A DNA stretch of 64,000 nt from Macrostomum lignano. Taxonomy: Eukaryota. The stretch spans positions 161,896-225,895 of the forward strand of contig NIVC01001881.1 in assembly GCA_002269645.1 (NCBI GenBank). Direction: 5' to 3'. The translations under genes and the position numbers were made by a program. The notes beneath the pieces were generated by a model that made no database searches, had not been told where the DNA came from, and saw nothing but the letters and a program-made list of their open reading frames with translations. Of the stretch, positions 1 to 12,511 are shown one piece after another. Numbering within the stretch: position 1 is the first letter of the stretch; each line of letters begins with the position of its first letter.

Positions 1-167
1 CCTTAGAGGATCTAATCTAATCGAATCCTTAGAGATGAGATTTCCCGAATCCTTAGAGGTGAGATTTCCCGAATCCTTAGAGGTGAGATTTCCCGAATCC
101 TTAGAGGTGAGATTTCCCAGATCCTTAGAGGTGAGAATTCCCGAATCCTTAGAGGTGAGATTTCCAC
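1..167. repeat. 24-bp minisatellite (GAGATTTCCCGAATCCTTAGAGGT), intronic in HDAC6
   Basis: About 6 tandem copies visible, upstream of the acceptor AG at 359-360. Confidence 0.9.
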
Positions 168-360
168 GTTTTTCTCAATCTGTCACTGTGAGATTTGCAA
201 GTGTGTCTCATTATGTCAGTGTGAGATTTCCAAGCTTGTCTCACTCTGTTAGGTGAGATTTCTAAGGAATCTGTCAGTTTCTAAGGCAGATATCCAATAC
301 TAACCCAATCTAATTGCGATGAGAGTTGATCCAGTCGAAAACCCGCAACCGATTTTTCAG

Positions 361-3300
361 CTGTCCTACGATGCCGCTCAGCTGAGCTGCGGCACTCTGC
401 TCTCAGTGGTGGAAGAAGTTTGCTCCGGCCGCAGCAGAAACGGTTACGCAATAGTCCGCCCGCCTGGGCATCACGCAGAATCCGACAAGCCTCGAGGCTT
501 CTGCTTCATCAACAATGTAGTGGTGGCGGCTCGTTACGCTCAGACTAAACATTCTAATAAAGTACGCCGCGTACTTATCCTAGACTGGGACGTGCATCAC
601 GGAAACGGAGTTCAAGACGCTTTCTATAGTGACGACTCTGTGCTGTACATCAGCCTGCACCGCTACGACTTTGGTCGCTTCTATCCTGGTAGTAGCGGCG
701 CTAAGGAGAATGTCGGCTGCGACAAAGGATTGGGGTACAATGTTAATGTGCCCTGGAATGTGAGTCAGTTCTAATGTTATGGTAGTGGGTCCGGATTCTG
801 GGTCAAGGGGTCCAGATTCAGGGTCAGTGAGTCTAGATTCTGGGTCAAGGGGCCAGATTCTGACTCAATGGGTCTAGATTCTGACTCAATGGGTCTAGAT
901 TCTGACTCAATGGGTCTAGATTCTGACTCAATGGGTCTAGATTCTGACTCAATGGGTCCAGATTCTGACTCAATGGGTCCAGATTCTGACTCAATGGATC
1001 TAGATTCTGACTCAATGTTTCTAGATTCTGACTCAATGGGTCCAGATTCTGGGTCAGTGAGTCTAGATTCTGGGTCAGTGAGTCTAGATTCTGGGTCAAG
1101 GGGCCAGATTCTAACTTAATGGGTCCAGATTCTGACTCAATGGGTCCAGATTCTGACTCAATGGGTCTAGATTCTGACTCAATGGGTCTAGATTCTGACT
1201 CAATGGGTCCGGATTCTGACTCAATGGGTCCAGATTCTGGGTCAGTGAGTCTAGATTCTGGGTCAAGGGGCCAGATTCTGACTCAATGGGTCTAGATTCT
1301 GGGTCAGTGAGTCTAGATTCTGGGTCAAGGGGCCAGATTCTGACTCAATGGGTCCAGATTCTGACTCAATGGGTCTAGATTCTGACTCAATGGGTCCAGA
1401 TTCTGGGTCAGTGAGTCTAGATTCTGACTCAATGGGTCCAGATTCTGACTCAATGGGTCCAGATTTTGACTCAATGGGTCTAGATTCTGACTCAATGGGT
1501 CCAGATTCTGGGTCAGTGAGTCTAGATTCTGGGTAAAGGGGTACAACTGGGTCAGTGGGATAACGATTTTGAGTAAATGAATCTAAATTCTGGGTCGGTG
1601 AGTCTAGATTCTAGGTCAATGGGTTGAGAGTGTAGGTCAATGGGTCCAGAATCTGGGTCGGTTAGTCCAGATTCTAGGTCAGTGGGATGGACGTTCTGGG
1701 TCGGTTAATCCAGATTCTGGGTCAGTGGGATTTAGATTCTGGGTCAGTGGGATTTAGATTCTGGGTCAGTGGGATTTAGATTCTGGGTCAGTGGGATTTA
1801 GATTCTGGGTCAGTGGGATTTAGATTCTGAGTCAGTGGGATTTAGATTCTGGGTCAGTTGAGATTCTGGGTCAGTGAGTCTATATTCTGGGTCAAGGGGT
1901 ACAACTTCTGGGTCAGTGGGATTTAGATTCTGTGTCAATAGATACAGATTCTGGGTCAGTAAGTCCAGATTCTGTGTCAGTGGGATTTGAGGTTCTGGAC
2001 CAGTGGGGATTAAGATTCTGGGTCACTCAATGAAAACCTCAGGATTCCAATGATCAATCATACAGTCACCCGTCCCAAGTTCAATTCTCAGCCTCAACTT
2101 TGCCCCCCCACCCACCTGCACTCTCAAATGCACAGGGCAGAGTCGGGGACGCCGAGTACTTGGCCGCTTTCCACCACATTGTGCTGCCAATTGCTCAGTC
2201 GTTCAATCCCGACCTGGTCCTGGTCTCCGCTGGCTTCGACGCAGCAGTTGGCGACCCGCTGGGCGGATTAAAGCTCACCCCTGCCTGCTACGGTCACCTG
2301 GCTCACCTGCTGTGCGGCCTGGCTGGTGGGCGGGTCGTGCTGGCGCTGGAGGGTGGCTACAATCTGGCGTCTATTGGCGAGGCCTCGTGCCATTGTGTGG
2401 CTTCTCTGCTGGGCCTGCCGCCCCTGCAGCTGCCCAAGCAGCTGGTGCCAAACGTTCAGTGAGCTGATGGGTTCTATTCGCATTCTATCCTGATTCTATT
2501 CGACTTCTATCCAGATTCTATTCGCATTCTATCCTGATTCTATTCGACTTCTATCCAGATTCTAATCGGGTTCTATCCAGATTCTATTCGACTTCTATCC
2601 AGATTCTATTCGCATTCTATCCAGATTCTAATTGGATTCTATCCAGATTCTATTCGACTTCTATCCAGATTCTATTCGCATTCTATCCAGATTCTAATCG
2701 GGTTCTATCCAGATTCTATTCGACTTCTATCAAGATTCTATTCGCATTCTATCCAGATTCTAATCGGGTTCTATCCAGATTCTATTCGACTTCTATCCAG
2801 ATTCTATTCGGATTCTATCCAGATTCTAATCGCATTCTCTCCAGATTCTAATCGGATTCTATCCAGATTCTGATTGGATTCTATCCAGATTCTACTCGGA
2901 TTCTATCCAGATTCTAGTCGGATTCTATCCAGATTCTAATTGGATTCTATCCAGATTCTACTCAGATTCTATCCAGATTCTAATCGGATTCTATCCAGAT
3001 TCTAATCGGATTCTATCCAGATTCTAATCTGATTCTATCCAGATTCACTCTCGTGTTCAATATACATTCGACCAGACGTATATTTGATTGATATTTATTA
3101 AATCCAATATTAAAACTTTTCAGTGGTGTCAGAGCAATCAGGGAAGTGATCGATATTCACAAGGCTTATTGGAAGCATCTTAAGTTTTCAGGTATGAGTT
3201 TTGCTTAAAATATTGTGAATAAAGGCATATTTTTGAGTTGCTAAATTTTAATTCCAGATGACATCCCGAACTGGGTGACCAGCCTGCCAGAGGATGCTAA

Positions 3301-4004
3301 TAGGTGAGAGGTTATTTTTTTGTTTTTTTATAGTCTAGCCACGCAGACATATGTACAATGCGTTTATTGGGTCTAGTAGCACAGATCCGCTTTTACGTTC
3401 ATTATTGTTCAGTTTAAAAGCATTGACGTATAGAATTAATACTGTGCAGACTAATATGTTTCATTAATTCCCTCTCGTAACCCCGTGCAGATCAGCTGAC
3501 AGCGTCAACACTTCGGTGGACCAGCTGGCCCGAGAACTCGACAATTTGGACGTTTCCGCCGCCGCAACGTCGGTGACAGACTTCATCGAAGCTTCTTCAA
3601 CTGCTGCTGCTGCTGCTGCTTCTGGCGGAGCTGTCGGCGGTTTTGAATTTCTTCTTCTAGAGGATCAGCAATTTTTTGCCGTTCATCCTCGATCGGATTG
3701 TCCTCACGTGATCCAGCCGAGTCACGTGACTCGCATAGCCGACGGTCGCGGAGTTGACGCTCGAGCAGTCTGTCAGACTTGCTCGGATGGCAGCGAGAAC
3801 TGGCTCTGCCTGGCCTGCCTGGAGACCCACTGCGGCAGGTACGTGTCTAAGCACATGCTGAGCCACAGCGAGTCTACTGGCCACGTCATCGCTCTGTCAT
3901 TTAGCGATCTGTCTGTGTGGTGCTACCACTGCGACTCGTACATTGTGTCGCCTGTGGTGGAGCCGTTCATTGCCGCGGCTGCCAGGTCCAAGTTTGGCGA
4001 ATAA
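361..4004 (+). CDS. HDAC6: Histone deacetylase 6, 3' part (second deacetylase domain + ZnF-UBP). Exons 361-759, 2136-2458, 3124-3191, 3258-3303, 3491-4004; 5' exons lie outside the window
   Basis: Motifs [22 protein letters not shown] and LEGGY, plus a C-terminal ZnF-UBP ([22 protein letters not shown]...VWCYHCDSY). All introns are GT-AG with matching phases (0,2,1,2). AATAAA at 4072-4077. Confidence 0.95.
787..2030. repeat. 21/22-bp minisatellite (AGATTCTGACTCAATGGGTCT grading into AGATTCTGGGTCAGTGGGATTT) in HDAC6 intron
   Basis: Tandem periodicity read directly from the sequence. Confidence 0.95.
2470..3046. repeat. 22-bp minisatellite (GATTCTATTCGACTTCTATCCA) in HDAC6 intron
   Basis: About 26 tandem copies. 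Confidence 0.95.
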
Positions 4005-4721
4005 ATTTTGCTATGCGAATATGCACTACTGATGTCAGACTGTCCGGCTTTAATTATATTCTAAGATAATCAATAAAATCATATCTAATTGTTACTGTTT
4101 TGCTGAATTTTATTATTTTTATTTTATTATAATCTTATTTTATGCTGCAGATGAAATTAAAATTCCCTACTTGAAATCTGGTTAATTTAATTGATTAATT
4201 CGGCAAGTTTGAAAATCAATATATTGAAATGCATAACGTTGTTGCTTCATTGTCTAGTTGTTTTAGGGGCTGATCTCCAAGGCACAGAGAGTGTACATGC
4301 CTGACGATTAGGGCCACTGTACACCCTGTGTGAGCGTGTGTGTGACTGCGTGCTTGCATACAGTATTGGAAGTTAGTGGAATGGGCAGAAGTGGTGTGTG
4401 GGGGACACAGCCGTCCTGCAAATATTTGCTATTTATTGTTTCGTGGGAAACAAGTATTTTCTTGGTGCTTTCACAACTGGCAAATTTAAGCAAACTGAAA
4501 AGCAACAAGTGAAACATGAATTGCTGCGCTCTCTGTGCTGGATAGTGCTTCACCTTGCGGATTTATTTCCAACATACCGTCTCAAAAGAGATCGGTAAAT
4601 TTTGGGGTAGTTCTACGCAGGTATACAATTTTGTAATGCATTCAAAAGTTTAGATGTATTTGTCTTGACTACAGGTCGATGGTTGCTTTCGTCGACTCGT
4701 CTATTTCATTTGGTGTTTTGC

Positions 4722-5969
4722 TTAGTACAGATAGGCAGGTACAAGCCATTTTTTGTTCCTGAAGCCGTCGGAGAGCCACTTCTTGTTCCTGAAGCCGTCG
4801 GAGGGCCACTTCTTGTTCCTGAAGCCGTCGGAGAGCCACTTCTTGTTCCTGAAGCCGTCGGAGAGCCACTTCTTGTTCCTGAAGCCGTCGGAGAGCCACT
4901 TCTTGTTCCTGAAGCCGTCGGAGAGCCACTTCTTGTTCCTGAAGCCGTCGGAGAGCCACTTCTTGTTCCTGAAGCCGTCGGAGAGCCACTTCTTGTTCCT
5001 GAAGCCGTCGGAGAGCCACTTCTTGTTCCTGAAGCCGTCGGAGAGCCACTTCTTGTTCCTGAAGCCGTCGGAGAGCCACTTCTTGTTCCTGAAGCCGTCG
5101 GAGAGCCACTTCTTGTTCCTGAAGCCGTCGGAGAGCCACTTCTTGTTCCTGAAGCCGTCGGAGAGCCACTTCTTGTTCCTGAAGCCGTCGGAGAGCCACT
5201 TCTTGTTCCTGAAGCCGTCGGAGAGCCACTTCTTGTTCCTGAAGCCGTCGGAGAGCCATTTCTTGTTCCTGAAGCCGTCGGAGAGCCACTTCTTGTTCCT
5301 GAAGCCGTCGGAGAGCCACTTCTTGTTCCTGAAGCCATCGGAGAGCCATTTCTTGTTCCTGAAGCCATCGGAGCGCCACTTCTTGTTCCTGAAGCCATCG
5401 GAGAGCCATTTCTTGTTCCTGAAGCCATCGGAGAGCCACTTCTTGTTCCTGAAGCCATCGGAGAGCCACTTCTTGTTCCTAAAGCCATCGGAGAGCCATT
5501 TCTTGTTCCTAAAGCCATCGGAGAGCCACCTCTTGTTCCTGAAGCCGTCGGAGAGCCAATTCTTGTTCCTGAAGCCGTCGGAGAGCCACTTCTTGTTCCT
5601 GAAGCCGTCGGAGAGCCACTTCTTGTTCCTGAAGCCGTCGGAGAGCCACTTCTTGGTTTCTTGTCGATAGTCTGCCACCTCATGGACTCCGGTTACTCCA
5701 TCCTTGGTCTGTAAAAATGAAGTTGAAATTTAAATAGCACTTCAACCCAGAATGGCCATAAATTTCTATAACTGTCTAAATCGAATTTCGCACTTACGAT
5801 GTCACCTGAGGCCCCGTCGACAGAAGCAGTTGAGAATGCAAGAACTGAAAATGGTAATGATGCGAATCAAGCAACGTGAAACTTCATTAAACCTTGGAAT
5901 AAGCAAATACGAGCGATGTGCCATGATGCACATACCACAAGCGGCAACAAGCCAAGCAGTTGGTCGCAT
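4722..5969 (-). CDS. Putative neuropeptide precursor (~355 aa): signal peptide + 30 x KK-WLSDGFRN. Exons 5969-5936, 5844-5798, 5708-4722
   Basis: Spliced N-terminus MRPTAWLVAACVLAFSTASVDGASGDI|TKDGVTGVHEVADYRQETKKWLSDGFRN.... Donors GTATGT and GTAAGT with phase-matched acceptors. Most repeat variants are synonymous in this frame (GAC/GAT, TTC/TTT, AAG/AAA). Minus-strand AATAAA at 4562-4567. Confidence 0.85.
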
Positions 5970-6854
5970 CTTTGCCGGTGTTGCAAGAACACTGTTCGTT
6001 TAGTTTTATTATTTTCTTTAAATTCTGACAAAGAGGTTGGATTTTATTCAGCTGATTGAAGTCTCTTGATTCCTTGACTCAGCGAAGGAAAAGCGAAGGT
6101 ATTTCGCAGACTTACATGGAGGCGTCCATGCGCCTCCGCTCCGCATCCAGTTAAAGGTCTTGTCGGTGCTTCGACCAATCAGAAATGTTCGCCCAAATTT
6201 ATCAGTTTTAACGACAGTGAAGCCGCCTGCCAAGTTAAAACAGTCAGTTTTAACGCATTTTTCGTTGTGTCAATAGTTGAATTTCCGTTTAAACAAAAAT
6301 GCATTGTTTGAGTTGTATAAGGTTCTAGAGTGAATGCAGTGTCTGTGCTGATTCCCTTGCAAAATTCTGCATAGAAAACTGCTGTCAAAGTTAATTTGGC
6401 AGCCGGTTCCGCCTTCGTCAGCTGTGCTCAATTTTCCGTGTATATCAAATTCTTCATCAAACTATATTCTGCTGGGGAACACAGATTGCTTGGCCCGGTA
6501 AAGGAGCCTCCTGATTGAATTTCCTGCATAGCTTGGCTTCTCCCGGAACAATATGTGCTCTTCTAGCGGAGCCTTGCATGGCTTGACTTTGGCTTGTTCG
6601 AGATGCAATCTGCATGCGTCCAAGAGTTGCTTGCAACATTGATCAGATTAAGCGGCCACTCTTTCAGGGCAATCTTTTCGGCTATTCAGGTCGAGGTTCA
6701 GATTGTTTAATCGCAACAAAGTACACCATATATTTCAACATGAATTTTCAGTAACATAACACTCGTTCACCCGACCGTCAAATCAGTCATCGAAAAAAGT
6801 CAAGACGCCCGGTTAGCATTTTAGTATACTCCCGTCGTGTCCTAAGAAAAATAT

Positions 6855-7455
6855 GGCCACTTCAGGACATAGGTTTCCACTTCAGGACATAGGTGGCAAC
6901 TTCAGGACATATGTGGCCACTTCAGGACATAGGTGACCACTTCAGGACATAGGTGGCCATGCACTTCAGGACATAGGTGGCCACTTCAGGACATAGGTGA
7001 CCACTTCAGGACATAGGTGACCACTTCAGGACATAGGTGGCCACTTCAGGACATAGGTTGGCACTTCAAGACATAGGTGGCCACTTCAGGACATAGGTGG
7101 CCACTTCAGGACATAGGTGGCCACTTCAGGACATAGGTGGCCACTTCAGGACAATAGGTTGGCACTTCAGGACAATAGGTTGGCACTTCAGGAATAGGTT
7201 GCCACTTCAGGACATAGGTGGCCACGTCAGGACATAGGTGGCCACTTCAGGACATAGGTGGCCACTTCAGGACATAGGTGGCCACTTCAGGGCATAGGTG
7301 GCCACTTCAGGACATAGGTGGCCACTTCAGGACATAGGTGGCCACTTCAGGACATCGGTGACCACTTCAGGACATAGGTGGCCACTTCAGAATATAGTTG
7401 CCTACTTCAGGACACACGTGGCCAATTCAAGACTCGGCTGGTCACTTCAGGATAC
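6855..7455. repeat. 20-bp minisatellite (GGCCACTTCAGGACATAGGT)
   Basis: About 29 tandem copies. Confidence 0.95.
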
Positions 7456-9368
7456 ATGTGTTTACATGCACTTTAGGATATAGGGTGTCTACATGTGTAT
7501 GTAATTTAATTTCAATTTAAAAAAAGGAATTTACATTTAAAGTGTTCGATATTTAGTTTGCTTCTATCTTCCTTGCATTTTATCTTGATTGACCTACTTG
7601 GCTGCGATCGGAGCTTTCAACTTCTACTTAACATGCGGCCAGAGAAGTTTTTGGTGTCAGGTGTTAGCTTTCGGGCTCTTAATTGTGACCTCGCACTGAG
7701 TTACGAAGCTTGGAAGAAGCTAGCCAAGAAAGTCTGACTGAAAAAAAGGGATCGCCACGTATCGTGAAGTAATGATTTTTCGGTCGGATTTATTTAAAAG
7801 TTCTGTAAGCTCGTACAAGTGTAGAACACAAGGGCTAAAAGTGATAAGTTTAGGGACGGCTACTAATCGATCGATAGAAATGCCTGCGAGTGATTTTTTG
7901 TTCGTATCCTTTTAAGGCCTTGGTAAATTCTAATATTCAATACATTGGGTCACTGAGTACAGATATATGGTTTATAGGCTCGTAAAAACAGCTATCAACT
8001 AAAAAGCAAAGGTCCGATAGCTATAGGTAATTAAATTTCAGGCAACAATGATAAGCAAAAACGCGTTTCTCAGCCAAATATCAATAATTTCTTAGCTTAC
8101 TACTCACTGAGACAGCTAAGTAGTATGAAAGTAGCGCATAAATTCTGGTAATTTCTCTATTTCCTAGAATATGCGGTGTGCCTATGGCAACAGAAAAAAA
8201 TTAATGTGGTTTGCGCGGGCATGAAAAGAGAGACAGGGACTGCGTGAGAGTTTTGTATTGCACATTGGTAGAAATATTAAGCAACGTACTGAGTTTGCTG
8301 GGTGAGCATATAGAGTATACACCAAAATGGAGAAGAGAGAATGACAGGGGTCGTTCGTTCAGCTAAAGCTATAGACTGCTTTTTAAAAGAGGCTCTTTAA
8401 TTTATTGCCAAGCTTCTGGCAGCAGAGACTTAGTGGTGTTGCCCCACAGGGGGCAGGGAGGGATAGAGCATGTACATGTACGTACAGTAGATACTAATAG
8501 CTATACTCAAACGAAGCTCCGAGCTATACTAACTGCACAGCGTGAGGTACGTAGCAGCAATTATATGCGCAGATATAAGCTACTCGTAACCTCTCGTACA
8601 ATAGCTCCGAATACATAAGACACAGCGCAAGAGTGCAGACATTTTGTAAAGCTTCACTTTCTGATCTTATTGTCGTAAGTTTCCAGCGTCTGACCCGCGC
8701 GACTAAATTAAGAGCATATCCAGAGAATCTTCTGTGGCCTGAAAACTGTAAGCTGCATGTTTGACCGCTGCTAAAGCTAGTTTACTGCATGCATTTAATA
8801 TTTCAGCTCAAATTAATGGGGTACTGCTGCGAGGCAATTATGTCATATATAAGTTCGCTAGCTCCAAGCCACAGGGTGCCTCAAAACTTTTAAGCACCAC
8901 TTTCTGCAAGCTATACCCACCAGCCCGCAATTATGAAGACCGCGGTTTCAAAGGGCATGCATCGTTTCGAAGATGGGTGGAGATTCAGATGGGCGAGCGA
9001 CTGTCCAGATGTCCAGATCGATGCGTCTTGCCATCAGGCACAATTGAGATTCAAGCAGGTTTGCCTGCCGCACCTCCCGAATTCGGTACAAAGGACCCGA
9101 CAGAATTCCCGCTCCAAGTTTCACTCTCTCTGCGAAAGATGGCACAATTAAGTGTGACTATACGGAAGATGTACGTGCGACCCTGAGCTTTAGACTGAGC
9201 AGTTCTTGCGTCCGTCTTGTCCGCGAACTTATGACACAATTATCCCCCGTAGGGGTACTACGAGTACAGTAGTCATGCATTACAGAAAATTTCACCCCAA
9301 AAACAGAGTCCAGGAAATAACGGCCGATCGATCTCTTCCGGAAGCCAGCTACATAAAAGCACAATATA

Positions 9369-11848
9369 ATGGCGGAAACGAGTGAATGGCGGGAGGACAT
9401 GCGAGATACATTCAACATGTTCGACAAGAACGGAAATGGAGAAATCGAAGTGAACGAGCTGAGAACCGTTATCCAGTGCCTGGGACAGAATCCCACCGAG
9501 AAGGACGTACAGGTAAGAATCAGATAGAACATGATTAGGGTCGAGGGATGAGAAGAATATTGACTGCTAAGGATAGAAAAGATATTCGTACAAAGTAAAG
9601 ATAGTGAGACAATTAGGGTGGATGAGTGTGGTAAATGGTATGGTACTAGAGTAAAAAAACTCGGCGTGTGGTAAATAGTATGGGAGTGCGGTAAAGACTA
9701 GGCGGAGTTTTAAAGATTAGGGGGTGTAGTAAATAGTAAGAGTGGGGTAAGAATGACAATAAATGCATTTCCAAAGTGAGATTATTACACAGCCGTGTTT
9801 GCAACATAAAATTTTAATGCTTTTCTGCAGCTGATGATTCAAGAGTACGACCTAAACAAGGATGGTACAATCAATTTTGAGGAATTCTGCCAGGTGGGTG
9901 ATGTATTGTCAGTCACTCAAACATGTTTATGATAATCTGATTATTAATAATTTAATAATTTTTATTCAATCAATAAAAATCAACTCCAGATGATGAAAAA
10001 TCGAATCAAAACGGTCGAGTCCAAGCAGAACGAAATGAAGGTGGCGTTTCAGATGTTCGACAAAAATGGCGATGGGTGAGGGCTCGATCAGGTGTACTTA
10101 CCGCTTTCTGATGCATTGTTAAGTACAGGTCGCCATCGGGGGGGGACCCGATGGGTCATGTCCCTCTCACAGTAAAAGCTTTTGGGTAGACTGCAATGCT
10201 TTGTCACCTCCACCTAATTGTGACCCGTTGTGAGGAAATCAAAAGTTTTTCTTCAGGGCGCCAAATTGAGTGCCTGCCTGCGCGCCAAAATGAGTGCCTG
10301 CCTGCGCGCCAAAATGAGTGCCTGCGCGCCAAAATGAGTGCCTGCCTGCGCGCCAAAATGAGTGCCTGCAGCGCCAAAATGAGTGTCTGCCTGCGCGCCA
10401 AAATGAGTGCCTGCCTGCGCGCCAAAATGAGTGCCTGCAGCGCCAAAATGAGTGTCTGCCTGCGCGCCAAAATGAGTGCCTGCCTGCGCGCCAAAATGAG
10501 TGCCTGCCTGCGCGCCAAAATGAGTGCCTGCAGCGCCAAAATGAGTGTCTGCCTGCGGCGCCAAAATGAGTGCCTGCCTGTGGCGCCAAAATGAGTGCCT
10601 GCCTGCGGCGCCAAAATGAGTGCCTGCAGCGCCAAAATGAGTGTCTGCCTGCGGCGCCAAAATGAGTGCCTGCCTGTGGCGCCAAAATGAGTGCCTGCCT
10701 GCGGCGCCAAAATGAGTGCCTGCAGCGCCAAAATGAGTGCCCGCCTGCGGCGCCAAAATTAGTGCCTGCCTGCGGCGCCAAAATGAGCGCCTGCAGCGCC
10801 AAAATGAGTGCCCTGCCTGCGATGCCAAAATGAGTGCCTGCGGCGCCAAAATGAGTGCCCTGCCTGCGGTGCCAAAATGAGTGCCTGCGATGCCAAAATG
10901 AGTGCCCTGCCTGCGGCGCCAAAATGAGTGCCTGCAGCGCCAAAATGAGTGCCTGCAGCGCCAAAATGAGTGCCTGCGATGCCAAAATGAGTGCCCTGCC
11001 TGCGGCGCCAAAATGAGTGCCTGCAGCGCCAAAATGAGTGCCTGCAGCGCCAAAATGAGTGCCTGCGGCGCCAAAATGAGTGCCTGCAGCGCCAAAATGA
11101 GTGCCTGCAGCGCCAAAATGAGTGCCTGCGGCGCCAAAATGAGTGCCTGCCTGCAGCGCCAAAATGAGTGCCTGCAGCGCCAAAATGAGTGTCTGCCTGC
11201 GGCGCCAAAATGAGTGCCTGCCTGTGGCGCCAAAATGAGTGCCTGCCTGCGGCGCCAAAATGAGTGCCTGCAGCGCCAAAATGAGTGCCCGCCTGCGGCG
11301 CCAAAATAAGTGCCTGCCTGCGGCGCCAAAATGAGCGCCTGCAGCGCCAAAATGAGTGCCCTGCCTGCGATGCCAAAATGAGTGCCTGCGGCGCCAAAAT
11401 GAGTGCCCTGCCTGCGGTGCCAAAATGAGTGCCTGCGATGCCAAAATGAGTGCCCTGCCTGCGATGCCAAAATGAGTGCCTGCGATGCCAAAATGAGTGC
11501 CTTCGATGCCAAAATGAGTGCCTGCCTGCGATGCCAAAATGAGTGCCCTGCCTGCGGTGCCTAAATGAGTGCCTGCGGCGCCAAAATGAGCGAACAACGC
11601 CAATTCTCAGAATATTGTACATGTAGGAATAGTCATGTAGAATGCTTGCTGTCCCCCCCCCCTACAATAAAATCCATGCGACAAAAAACTCCAGGAAAAT
11701 CAGCAGCAACGAGCTGATGGAGGTGATGACGAAACTCGGCGAGAAGCTGACCATGGACGAAGTCAAAGAGATGATTACCGAGGTTGACGTTAACAACGAC
11801 GGGTTCATCGACTATGGAGAGTTCGTGCAGATGTACGCGACCAACTAG
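9369..11848 (+). CDS. Calmodulin-like protein, 148 aa, four EF-hands. Exons 9369-9512, 9831-9893, 9990-10075, 11695-11848
   Basis: Canonical loops [36 protein letters not shown] and [16 protein letters not shown] introns in phases 0,0,2. Too divergent to be canonical calmodulin. Confidence 0.92.
10257..11590. repeat. Variable 20-25-bp minisatellite (GCCAAAATGAGTGCC[TGCC/CTGCC]TGC) in calmodulin-like intron 3
   Basis: More than 50 units of mixed length, which breaks any reading frame. Confidence 0.95.
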
Positions 11849-12315
11849 AGCCGGAGAAGCTATTGTTATTTGTTACTGTTGAATCAGATCGTAGTTTATA
11901 AATTGCTAACTTTTTACTAAACGGCTATATACTTTTCAGCTATACAAAATCTAAATAAATGCGCGTCTATATCTATATAAACTTGGCTCTAGCGCTGCTA
12001 CTTAATTTATCAAAATGTTTAACTCAAACACAGAGAGCATTTTTCATTACTTCGAGCGTTTTAACTTGGGATGCAAAGTGTAACACCGGTAGGAAATAAC
12101 CAGGAGCAAGCAGTGCATGACTGCATGACTATATTTGAATTTAAGATCAGAGTCTTCTGTTTATGTTGTCGACATTTTCAGGCTGGCTAAGGCCTGTAAG
12201 ATTGGGAAAATAATCGAGGCGTAAAACGCGGTGGTTTGTTTGCTTTGGTTTTTGCTTTGATTGTTTTCCGTGTGGAAAAGAAGAGGCTTGAATAATTGCG
12301 CGTTAGGGTGCTGTA

Positions 12316-12511
12316 TATTTATATTCGTGTTAATAGAACATTCCGGAATCCGGAAAGTTCGAGAAGCAGTTTCTAGAAAGGTGTGCGCGGGAGTTCAAAA
12401 TACAAATATAGAAAGTGAGTGTTTACGCGGAAGTTTCTAGAATACAAGTATTGTACTGTACGCTATCTTATACCGTATACGCGCGTTGTTTAGTTGGAGA
12501 ACTTTCCAGAA
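12316..12511 (-). promoter_or_regulatory. Heat-shock-element cluster with TATA box
   Basis: GAAnnTTCnnGAA at 12336-12348, 12353-12365, 12430-12442 and 12499-12511. TATAAATA on the minus strand at 12316-12323. Confidence 0.75.

Noticed and set aside
35-1546. Short repetitive ORFs ([22 protein letters not shown])
   Set aside because: Translations of intronic minisatellites in HDAC6
4753-5655. CRISPR-like regular repeats (also 6855-7455 and other arrays)
   Set aside because: Units abut with no unique spacers, no cas genes, eukaryotic context
4665-5714. Alternative ORFs over the 30-bp repeat (PEAVGEPLLV, VALRRLQEQE, SGSPTASGTR, FLKPSESHFL)
   Set aside because: No linked signal or splice structure. 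Repeat variants are non-synonymous or create stops in these frames but are mostly silent in the KKWLSDGFRN frame.
8600-9186. 141-aa plus-strand ORF with nearby splice-like signals
   Set aside because: No in-frame ATG found, no recognisable domain; could be UTR or repeat, so not supportable
10196-11622. Long ORFs over the GCCAAAATGAGTG array
   Set aside because: Mixed unit lengths; lies in a calmodulin-like intron whose flanking exons join in frame
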